A stretch of DNA of 64,000 nt from a virus. The stretch spans positions 3,599-67,598 of the IMG/VR virus record IMGVR_UViG_3300037189_027540; one strand, given 5' to 3'. Numbering within the stretch: position 1 is the stretch's first letter; every line of letters begins with the position of its first letter. The notes beneath the pieces were generated by a model, which was not told the origin of the DNA, did no database searches, and worked only from the letters and a program-made list of their open reading frames with translations. Made by a program: the position numbers and the translations under genes. Shown here in pieces: positions 20,488-28,405 of the stretch.

Positions 20488-20540
20488 AGCAAGCCCTTAT
20501 TTTCGCTATCTACAGATGAATATATTACAGGAGGTGCAAA

Positions 20541-20840
20541 ATGTCATATGAAACAATAACGATCTATAGGTCTATGCCGATCAAGAACACGTATGTGCAG
20601 GTGCCAGATTCAGGCCCCACGCCCAATAATATCCTTGACTCCACTGCCGCTGCAGCGGCTGGATTGATAACATCACCGCCATCACCACAGTTATATGGAT
20701 CTGAGATAGTTAATTTTGGCATAAGCGGATCGGACAATTACTTATATGGCGCCCAGAGATTTTACAGATTTGGCGGGATCAATGCAAGGGCATGGTACAG
20801 CAATGGAGATCCAACAGCTGAATTAAACTCACTCGGATAA
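20541..20840 (+). CDS. Hypothetical protein, possibly virion-associated
   Basis: 99 aa with a strong AGGAGG RBS, preceded by a GAATATAT motif. Confidence 0.6.
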   Translation: MSYETITIYRSMPIKNTYVQVPDSGPTPNNILDSTAAAAAGLITSPPSPQLYGSEIVNFGISGSDNYLYGAQRFYRFGGINARAWYSNGDPTAELNSLG

Positions 20841-21221
20841 TCGAACGAACTTCAGGACGTTGTGGAAAAGTTTATAGTCATCTAGGTTTTCGGTGGCTAT
20901 AAACTTCATAGACGAAAATTCATCATTAGGCCTGACCAAGCCACTCTTCGCAATACATTTAAAGAATTTAACTTTCCCATCTTTTTCCTGACCTAGATAC
21001 TTAATACAGTCGCAATCTAATCCGGTTTCTTCCTTAGCTTCCCTTACTGCAGCCACTATAGCTTCTTCGTCAGTTTTAATGTGGCCGCCTGGAAAACACC
21101 ACGTCCCGTTCCTAGAATCAGCAGCTGTGGACAAACCCAATAAAACTCGACCGTTACGGAAAATCACCGCAACCGCTGAGTTATCGGATTCAGACTCTTC
21201 GACAATCATACTAAGTCGCAT
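20829..21221 (-). CDS. NUDIX hydrolase
   Basis: Nudix box 'GGHIKTDEEAIVAAVREAKEETGL'. Confidence 0.92.
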   Translation of the reverse strand: MRLSMIVEESESDNSAVAVIFRNGRVLLGLSTAADSRNGTWCFPGGHIKTDEEAIVAAVREAKEETGLDCDCIKYLGQEKDGKVKFFKCIAKSGLVRPNDEFSSMKFIATENLDDYKLFHNVLKFVRLSE

Positions 21222-21228
21222 TTTGTCC

Positions 21229-21429
21229 TTAGTCCAACATTGCTAAAACAGCATCCAAAGCATAATTAAACTTGCTTTCGGTATGAGCTTCAGCACTAGA
21301 GTTAGCGTAAATCGCACGCATCTGAGCTTGCGCTCTGTCTTTTGGCAGTGGTTTTTTGCTATAAGACTTACCTGACTCTTTATTGAATACTTTATACCCT
21401 GAGCCAGATTTTCTTACTGCATATGGCAT
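21229..21429 (-). CDS. Small basic phage protein
   Basis: 66 aa, 'MPYAVRKSGSGYKVFNKESGK...AQAQMRAIYAN', resembling a common small phage protein type; AGGA RBS. Confidence 0.6.
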   Translation of the reverse strand: MPYAVRKSGSGYKVFNKESGKSYSKKPLPKDRAQAQMRAIYANSSAEAHTESKFNYALDAVLAMLD

Positions 21430-21450
21430 GATAGCGTTCCTGAGAAGCGG

Positions 21451-21951
21451 TTAATCTAACTTTAATTCAAGATACTTTCCTGCATAATCCGTACAAATAC
21501 CAGCGCACTTATTCAGCGTGTGTAAATTATTGGTCATCTTGACTTCTGGCATCACGGCAATCGTTTTACCTAACACGTCACCGTGCCAGTTATTCAAGTC
21601 AGTGTTAACATGGGCCCAGATAAATCCTCTATTAGTCATCGTTAACGCATCCGAATCATGAAAGAACGTATGTAACCCGTGCAGGAAAAGCTCATTAAAC
21701 GCCTCAATATTTTTAGCATGTAAAATAAATCTCGGATGCTTTAAATAGCTGAAGTCCACTTTATATGTCGGCCCATCATGGCCAAGATACCAGTTAAAGC
21801 CATCTTTATAAACATCTAACTCGATCAATAACGCAAACGCCATCTTATCACTGATAAGATCAAGGAGCTTGAGTATGCGATCGATATGAATGGGATTGTT
21901 TTCGTGAGCAGGATTCTGACCAATCAAATTACCACGATGTGAAATAATCAT
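21451..21951 (-). CDS. PLC-like/glycerophosphodiesterase-fold protein (short form)
   Basis: 'IISHRGN', 'ENNP', 'IELDV', 'LGHDGP', 'HAKN', 'GICTD'. Confidence 0.75.
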   Translation of the reverse strand: MIISHRGNLIGQNPAHENNPIHIDRILKLLDLISDKMAFALLIELDVYKDGFNWYLGHDGPTYKVDFSYLKHPRFILHAKNIEAFNELFLHGLHTFFHDSDALTMTNRGFIWAHVNTDLNNWHGDVLGKTIAVMPEVKMTNNLHTLNKCAGICTDYAGKYLELKLD

Positions 21952-22272
21952 CTATACCTCGAATTTATCGCCAATTATACTTGGAACCTTGATCACGGTC
22001 AATATGCAATCCTCTAAAAAAACTGGAACGGCAACTTCCTTAGGATAAATGGTAAATATATCCCCAGCGTTTAATTCAATATTATTAATCAGCATCTTAC
22101 CAGAGATGAGCAAGTTAATCTCTGTAGCCACTGCATGATAATGTGCAGGCCACACTTCATCCTTTTTATGCGTTTTGTGACACACTTCAAATGTATTTGT
22201 GCGAAAGACCGCTGGTGCAAAATCACCCACATACCAGCCATTGACCATATGTTCTAGTTTAGCGATCTGCAT
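21952..22272 (-). CDS. Cupin-domain protein
   Basis: 'GWYVGDF', cupin motif 1 'HYHAVATEINLLISG', 'GDIFTIYP'. Confidence 0.8.
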   Translation of the reverse strand: MQIAKLEHMVNGWYVGDFAPAVFRTNTFEVCHKTHKKDEVWPAHYHAVATEINLLISGKMLINNIELNAGDIFTIYPKEVAVPVFLEDCILTVIKVPSIIGDKFEV

Positions 22273-22307
22273 CTATCAACACCTTACTTCTGGCAGTAAA
22301 GAAGTCA

Positions 22308-23423
22308 TCAAAGATATCTACCTGGAGTATAGATGTAGTTGACGCTAGACCGTAATTCGCATACTGTTTTAAGAAATTTTGGCTTGCATGTGGACCTAAA
22401 TGGGATATCAACATGTTGTTTAATAATAGGAATAATAGAATCAGAGGTCAATGCTGGAGAAATAGTGATGACATCCTTTAAAGAGGTTACATCTTTGTCG
22501 CTGAAGTTAACATAAACGTCTGCCTCATATTTAGTAATATCAGTGTTAGTAGTAATCAAAATGTCGGCGTGAGTGTCGAGGCGCTTAACGTCACCTCGAT
22601 AATAGTTATTGTACCACGCGCTGCATTTCTTTAAAGCGACTCTAACGTGTCCTGGGTCGTCCGCCACTATGACCAACTGTAGACTTCGCACCATCCCCTT
22701 ACATGCTTTAAAACCTTCTATGCTTCTCGGATGGTTCACAGACCTTAAATGAGAGATTTTAGGGCTGCCAGCGAAATGACTGGCTAACGCTAAGTCTTGA
22801 TATTCTCTAATCTGTGCAATCGGATCGATAGATCCATCTAATAAGTCCCTCACTGGATTATGATCTACCTCATGGCCGATAACAGCTGGAATCTGCATAG
22901 TTTCAAGCACATGCTGGAGCACTCCTTGGTCGTAACTATGCGGCAAAGTCAGTTTACCAGAGCTGTTTAACTCCAACGTTTTCTTGCACCATGTTTCTAT
23001 GATTCCATTATCAGTCGGCTTCTTAAAATAAATGTACCCACTATTAACATTGAATAAATCGACATCCTCACTACGCACTCGCAATTCAATAGGGTTACGA
23101 CACGGTGCCCATTCCTTAAAAGCCATGAAAGATCTTGGTTCGAAACGGAATCTGTCTGAGAAGATAATGTCAGTGTCGACATACAGGTAATCTCCACTAG
23201 GCAAATCTGATAATATGAAAGGTTTAACGAACTTACGCCATTCTTTATGTGACATACTTGGCAATACACATTTTTTAACGTAAATACCACGTGCGATCAG
23301 CCAGTTGAGATTAACTTGCCCTAGCCCAAGATCATAAACTATGATCTTATCTCGCTCGACTAAAGATTCGATACAATGTACCATTTCCGAAAATGCTACA
23401 TCGTCGGAGGCCATTATAATCAT
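22308..23423 (-). CDS. Glycosyltransferase, GT-A fold (GT8/GT77-like)
   Basis: 'VYDLGL', 'KPFIL', DxD 'YLYVDTD', 'NSGYIYF', 'DQGVL', 'HFAG'. Confidence 0.8.
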   Translation of the reverse strand: MIIMASDDVAFSEMVHCIESLVERDKIIVYDLGLGQVNLNWLIARGIYVKKCVLPSMSHKEWRKFVKPFILSDLPSGDYLYVDTDIIFSDRFRFEPRSFMAFKEWAPCRNPIELRVRSEDVDLFNVNSGYIYFKKPTDNGIIETWCKKTLELNSSGKLTLPHSYDQGVLQHVLETMQIPAVIGHEVDHNPVRDLLDGSIDPIAQIREYQDLALASHFAGSPKISHLRSVNHPRSIEGFKACKGMVRSLQLVIVADDPGHVRVALKKCSAWYNNYYRGDVKRLDTHADILITTNTDITKYEADVYVNFSDKDVTSLKDVITISPALTSDSIIPIIKQHVDIPFRSTCKPKFLKTVCELRSSVNYIYTPGRYL

Positions 23424-23446
23424 GAAATATATACTAGGAGGTGAAC

Positions 23447-23710
23447 ATGAATAGTTTATTAGAAAAATACGGATTTAGCAGTGAGGAAATGGCTGAGCTA
23501 GGGCTAAGAGTTTATACGATAGAAGAGATAAGAGCAAAAACCAGCGCACCCCATGCTTACAAAATGGGGAGCTTAGTGGGTCCTGGTCCTGCAGCTACTC
23601 CAGGCTTTTGCGACAATACGAAATTAGAGGTTGATGACGATGCTCATATGGATGTATCATGTGTTTGTAGCCTGAATTTAGGCGAAGTGCTCTGCAGTCA
23701 AGTGTCTTAA
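23447..23710 (+). CDS. Small Cys-containing peptide, candidate RiPP precursor
   Basis: AGGAGG RBS 5 nt before ATG 23447. Acidic/helical N-terminus, four Cys in the C-terminal third, and ends 2 nt before the radical SAM ORF. Confidence 0.5.
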   Translation: MNSLLEKYGFSSEEMAELGLRVYTIEEIRAKTSAPHAYKMGSLVGPGPAATPGFCDNTKLEVDDDAHMDVSCVCSLNLGEVLCSQVS

Positions 23711-23712
23711 GT

Positions 23713-24894
23713 GTGCTTAATGTTGAACTGCAAGGGCTTGCTAATCAAATGACCAAGTATAGTCGATATGTTAAAATCAATCACGGAAATCAAGACACAT
23801 TGGCATGCACCGTCCAAGGGATCCATTTACCAATGGATGCTTCGGAGGACACGCTCTCTCGTAATTCGATGCTAGCAGGTCAAGAAGCTACGGCACTACG
23901 AAATAAATTGTTTAAATCTGATGTCGCTAAAATAACGATTATCCCGACATGGGGGTGCAACCTGCGTTGCAGGCATTGCGTTGTGATCGATAAATTAGAA
24001 CGAGGAAGCGATAGTGATCTAAACTGTGAACAATTAGTCACGTTTTTGGAAAAGTTTAGTGTCAACGCCAAGTTGAAACGAGCTTGCTTTGTAGGTGGTG
24101 AGCCGCTGCTGAGGCCTGATATTCTATTAAAACTAACAAAAGCGTTGCCCGGCTGGATGTTTTCGATGACCACTAATTTATCAATTCCGTTCACTGAAAC
24201 ACATTATGAATTATTCGACCATATTAGTTCCATCACCGTCAGTGTTGACGGCTTACCGAAAAACCATAACAGGCAAAGGATACCTCTTAATAAAGATCCA
24301 GACATATTCGGCAAGACAGTCGATAACATCAAACAGTTAGTGCGGCGTGGCCTAAAGGATAAATTGTCAGTGCAAGGGGCAGTCGATCAAGTCAATAAAG
24401 ATGATGAGATAGCTTATAAGCATTTTTTCTGTAACTTGGGGCTAAACCCACTAGCTATATTTTACGGTCTAATCCATCCACACCCGCGTGGCGAATCTCC
24501 CACAGGTTTTATAGAAGCTCTAAAGCAAATGCCAATAAATTATAGGCCCTGCTGTAAGTATCAGCCTGGCACGCAATGCACGATCCTTCCTGACAATAGC
24601 ATAGTTAGTGACTTCTATACTCAAACGCCAATCGGCACCATTTTCGACGAACCAGCGGCCGTTATAGAGAATCACAGACGACTAGTACTTAATACGATGC
24701 CAGTTTTAAATGACCCAACGTGTCGTGAATGTGACGTAATCGGATTGTGCTGGGGGCATTGCAGCAACGGTGAACCGGTAACTGGCATGCTACCTAGTAA
24801 ATATTGTGATCAAGCCGGTTTGCGAACTAGAGTTCATAACCTAGCGCTCGCTGGCTCACTAGTAGTTCAAGGATCGCCAGCATGCTCGCCTTGA
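23713..24894 (+). CDS. Radical SAM/SPASM domain protein
   Basis: CxxxCxxC 'CNLRCRHC', 'FVGGEPLL', 'MTTN', 'VSVDG', and SPASM Cx2Cx5Cx3C 'CRECDVIGLCWGHC' with a distal 'KYC'. Confidence 0.92.
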   Translation: MLNVELQGLANQMTKYSRYVKINHGNQDTLACTVQGIHLPMDASEDTLSRNSMLAGQEATALRNKLFKSDVAKITIIPTWGCNLRCRHCVVIDKLERGSDSDLNCEQLVTFLEKFSVNAKLKRACFVGGEPLLRPDILLKLTKALPGWMFSMTTNLSIPFTETHYELFDHISSITVSVDGLPKNHNRQRIPLNKDPDIFGKTVDNIKQLVRRGLKDKLSVQGAVDQVNKDDEIAYKHFFCNLGLNPLAIFYGLIHPHPRGESPTGFIEALKQMPINYRPCCKYQPGTQCTILPDNSIVSDFYTQTPIGTIFDEPAAVIENHRRLVLNTMPVLNDPTCRECDVIGLCWGHCSNGEPVTGMLPSKYCDQAGLRTRVHNLALAGSLVVQGSPACSP

Positions 24895-25232
24895 TTTTTA
24901 ATGATGGATCGCTAAGTAATAAAGCCATTAAAGAAGAATTCAATGCAGCTAATGAAGTGTCGCTTGCGCAGCTAGAAATAGGATCCTTGACTCTTATCCC
25001 CATCTTTTGGGATGTGGCCACAGCCGATCGGTTCGTACGCCGCAATGGCCTGTTTATGGTCATTAGCGGGATGGTCAATTTAGCGCAAGAAGATGTAGAT
25101 AAGCTCAGCAAGGAGTCAGCTTGCAGTATACTTGAATATCCTAATAAAGTTAATAAGATAGCGAAGAAGGTGTCTGGTTATAAGTTTCAATTAGCTACTA
25201 AAATTCAACCTGTAGACAAATTGCTAGTATGA
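24882..25232 (+). CDS. Hypothetical protein
   Basis: 116-aa ORF overlapping both the rSAM stop and the nucS-like start. Confidence 0.55.
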   Translation: MLALIFNDGSLSNKAIKEEFNAANEVSLAQLEIGSLTLIPIFWDVATADRFVRRNGLFMVISGMVNLAQEDVDKLSKESACSILEYPNKVNKIAKKVSGYKFQLATKIQPVDKLLV

Positions 25233-25852
25233 TCGAACCCTTCAGCGCCATCGTGCAAGGCACAGTCGAATACGATGGTCGTGCTATTAGCAAAACTAGA
25301 CTTGGGATATACTTGGTCATAGTAAAGCCAGATTTATCGATTCAAATCCATAGTAACACTAAGAACAAACCTATAAATTATATCAATGCTAAAAGCGTTG
25401 AACTAAATGCTGATCAGTGGATCTTTAAAAGCAAAGATGAACAGATCAAGGTTAACATTAGTAACGTAATAGAAAAAATGTCGCTTGCCCTTCTAACTGG
25501 GGTAGAGAAAAAGGTCTCAAAAACTGAGCAAGATCTGGTCGATAAATTAATCAGCTCTATGGCAATTCATATCCAAGGGCATTTGTATATCGAACCGCAA
25601 TACCCTACGGTGGTAGGCCCGATCGACATTGTGTGCATCGATAACGAGTCCAAGTTGATACATGTGATCGAGGCAAAACGCCGTAAGCCCAGTGTGAATG
25701 CAATTTACCAGCTTAAACGATACATTGACCATATTCACATAGAAGGTTATGAGAAGAAAGGCTATTTGGCAGCACCTGAATTTAGCGAAAAGCACGATGT
25801 ATTGATGGAGAAGTTCGGTTTCAATAAGCTGCTAGTCACTTTTGAGGATTAA
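25229..25852 (+). CDS. nucS: Endonuclease NucS/EndoMS-like
   Basis: N-terminal 'VEYDGRA...LVIVKPDLSIQIH...KPINY' and C-terminal 'EQDL', 'VGPIDI', 'VIEAKRR', 'QLKRY', 'GYLAAP'. Confidence 0.8.
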   Translation: MIEPFSAIVQGTVEYDGRAISKTRLGIYLVIVKPDLSIQIHSNTKNKPINYINAKSVELNADQWIFKSKDEQIKVNISNVIEKMSLALLTGVEKKVSKTEQDLVDKLISSMAIHIQGHLYIEPQYPTVVGPIDIVCIDNESKLIHVIEAKRRKPSVNAIYQLKRYIDHIHIEGYEKKGYLAAPEFSEKHDVLMEKFGFNKLLVTFED

Positions 25853-25854
25853 TC

Positions 25855-26376
25855 ATGGGTACCGTGTACTGGAAGGCCGACCAACAAGTCAATGATTTAA
25901 TCGCTACAGTCATTCACAAGTATCATTCAGAACTTGGTAAAGCCAATGTTCGCATCGGTACATTAATGGCATTTAATGAGAAAGCACCCCCTGTTAAGCA
26001 TGGCGGTTATCAAGCATATGCTACGGTTAGAATCATTAGCTTAAAAGATCGAGTAACGAAAGACCACGATGTCGAAATGTGTATAGATGCAGAGGCATGG
26101 AAGCAATTCACTAGCATGCAAAAAGAAGCTTTAATCGATCACGAATTAAGCCATATTAAATGCAAAAAGAAAAAGGCAAGAGGTCCAGACGGCAAGCCCA
26201 TCGAGACAGATGAACTTATGTTTGATGATTTAAGTCGCCCATTGCTCAAATTGATCAAAGCGGACTGGAACGTAGGCGACGGCTTCGCCGATGTGGTATC
26301 TAGGCATAAAGAATCTAGTGTCGAATACGTTAGCATTAACAAGGCTAAAGAATTGGCCGATGCCGCAAGCGCCTAA
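25855..26376 (+). CDS. Putative phage metallopeptidase
   Basis: 'W..FT..QKEALIDHELSH' (HExxH) followed by 'DWNVGDGFADVVSRH'. Confidence 0.75.
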   Translation: MGTVYWKADQQVNDLIATVIHKYHSELGKANVRIGTLMAFNEKAPPVKHGGYQAYATVRIISLKDRVTKDHDVEMCIDAEAWKQFTSMQKEALIDHELSHIKCKKKKARGPDGKPIETDELMFDDLSRPLLKLIKADWNVGDGFADVVSRHKESSVEYVSINKAKELADAASA

Positions 26377-26720
26377 CTACTGCCGTTCCGTGGATCGAAT
26401 TTTAGGAAATAGGCGTAATCCTCAGGGCACATCGTCTTGGCTAGGCATGCCTTGGCTCGGTCAAAGAACTCTTCCCGCTTGGTTAGCTTTGTAAATTGCT
26501 TCACATTCATGGCAATGCAAAAGGCAACAAAATTGCGGGGATGGCCTTCTGCCACCTCCATAAGGTCAACAAGCCCCAAAAAGGCATCGATCTGGCCGTA
26601 GTTGCCGTAGTAGTACGCCTCATCCAAGAAATCGAAAAGCGCGTCTCCAGACCTCCTTTGCTTCTCACTGTTCGCAAGTTTGCAAGCCTGCCCCCACGCT
26701 TCCACATAATTTACGCTCAT
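26373..26720 (-). CDS. Hypothetical protein
   Basis: Probable start at the ATG (MSVNY) after GAGGA, within ORF 26373..26732. Confidence 0.55.
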   Translation of the reverse strand: MSVNYVEAWGQACKLANSEKQRRSGDALFDFLDEAYYYGNYGQIDAFLGLVDLMEVAEGHPRNFVAFCIAMNVKQFTKLTKREEFFDRAKACLAKTMCPEDYAYFLKFDPRNGSS

Positions 26721-26911
26721 TTGAGTCCTCAATCCGTGGGAACTGGTTGCAAACTCAGTTCAAGCCTGCCGTCTGTTCGCCCAGAGGCGAGATGCCCGGA
26801 TTAAACCAGCGCTAGCGGCGACCGCAAGCCAACTCCAGTAAACTATCCACTAAGTTCAAGGACTGGTAGCAAGCCGCTGCATCTTCCTTGAAGGTCAGCC
26901 GTTCACTAAGA

Positions 26912-27244
26912 CTAGTAGTTGAATTCGTCTGCGTATAGGACAAAGCCGTCGATTTTCTCATCCCTAGTGGTAACTAGAAAAATATCTTCATCTAACCTGC
27001 CATGAAACAGACCAGTTATTTCGATTACGCCGGATGTTTTCGAATCACTAAGAGTAGCGAAATTACCGCCTTCAAATTTTAGCTTGCTAGTTAAATCACC
27101 AGAAGCAGACTTAAAACGGATTTCCTGCCCACCGACGCTATTGAGATTGTAAGACAGAACCGTAACTTTCTTACCGGCAATCATGTCTATTAGTTTGTGC
27201 TGACCGGCTGTGGCTTCGATATTCACAGATTTATTATATAGCAT
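26912..27244 (-). CDS. Small beta-rich, probably virion-associated protein
   Basis: 110 aa, purine-rich RBS region (AAAGGGAAG), lies downstream of the fibre genes. Confidence 0.5.
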   Translation of the reverse strand: MLYNKSVNIEATAGQHKLIDMIAGKKVTVLSYNLNSVGGQEIRFKSASGDLTSKLKFEGGNFATLSDSKTSGVIEITGLFHGRLDEDIFLVTTRDEKIDGFVLYADEFNY

Positions 27245-27262
27245 CGCTTCCCTTTTCTTTGG

Positions 27263-28405
27263 TTAGTTAGCTTGATTAATTGCCATATCGCTTACGTATA
27301 AGTAATCATTTTGATTTCCGTATGCGTAAGCGAAAATTTCAATTACTTTATCTGAAGTTGGCGTGAAAGTAATTGTTAGTTGTTGCCAATCGGTTGATGT
27401 TGAAGTGGTTGCAACCACATCGGTTCCTGTTAGTTGATATCCCGGACATACTAATTTTCCTGTTATTGTAGATGCCGAATTCTTAAACCATAAACTGACT
27501 GTTACTAATTTATTAGCGTTTACAGCAAACTTGGTAGCAGAGAATTGAATTGGAAAATATTGACTAATATTTGTGCTTAATTGTTCAATCTTCCAACTTG
27601 TTCCTGTCGTTCCATGATAAACAGAAGTGTTTTTTGATGATTTATAGTCATTAACATTTGTGGAATAATTCAAAATATTCGAGCTTGTGTCAGTACAGTT
27701 TGTAAATGTTAACGAATAAGGATAATTATTATATGTTGGAGATGCAGGTATTCCTGTAACATTAGAAAAATTAACAATTCCATTGTCCGTAACGAGAAAA
27801 TTAATAAACTGATTTGAATTTGGTGAAATATTTCCAAGTGTTCCGCTATTAATGTTTACAATAGAATTATTTGAAATGGAAATTAAATAAGTTGTATTAT
27901 TTCCATTAGCAATAAATTTGTCAATCGAAATGTTTGAACTGTTTGCGTAAATAAGACCTAAAGGATAAGCAATACCTAAAGAATAATTAGCAGTTAAATA
28001 TTTTATCTTAGCAGAAGAAAAATTATTATTAATTACATATGAAGCACAATATTCTGCTAAAATTGTGTTGGCATATAAAGTTGATAAAATATCATAAACA
28101 CGTTGATTATATAATCCAATATTGCAATTTTTAATTATTGCGTTTTCAATATAAATATTTATATTACTTGTAATACAAATTCCATATAAAGAACTAGCAA
28201 TAAAAGCATCTTGAATTACATTATTATTTGAAGATTGTAAATAAAATGGTAAATCGTTAAACAATCCGGTAACTTCATTTGTTATTCCGTTTTTGTTTTT
28301 ACCTAATGTATTGTTATTGCTGAAATATAGATTAATTCCACTACTACTTCCACTTATACATAAGTCAGAAAAGTTGCAATAAGTGCAAGTTGTAAAAAAT
28401 ATCCA
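27263..28405 (-). CDS. C-terminal part of an AT-rich fibre-like protein (beta-helix/carbohydrate-binding-like), in the -1 frame relative to 28354..29730
   Basis: The frame of ORF 27263..28264 stays open upstream to about 28405. N/S/T/I-rich with a CBM-like C-terminus 'VTVSLWFK...DWQQLTITFTP'. Confidence 0.7.
   Translation of the reverse strand, partial: WIFFTTCTYCNFSDLCISGSSSGINLYFSNNNTLGKNKNGITNEVTGLFNDLPFYLQSSNNNVIQDAFIASSLYGICITSNINIYIENAIIKNCNIGLYNQRVYDILSTLYANTILAEYCASYVINNNFSSAKIKYLTANYSLGIAYPLGLIYANSSNISIDKFIANGNNTTYLISISNNSIVNINSGTLGNISPNSNQFINFLVTDNGIVNFSNVTGIPASPTYNNYPYSLTFTNCTDTSSNILNYSTNVNDYKSSKNTSVYHGTTGTSWKIEQLSTNISQYFPIQFSATKFAVNANKLVTVSLWFKNSASTITGKLVCPGYQLTGTDVVATTSTSTDWQQLTITFTPTSDKVIEIFAYAYGNQNDYLYVSDMAINQAN

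Noticed and set aside
26733-26911. tRNA or c-di-GMP riboswitch in the structured intergenic segment
   Set aside because: No T-loop or cloverleaf was found, and the riboswitch resemblance is only loose and on the strand opposite the adjacent gene. It is kept only as an unassigned structured region.
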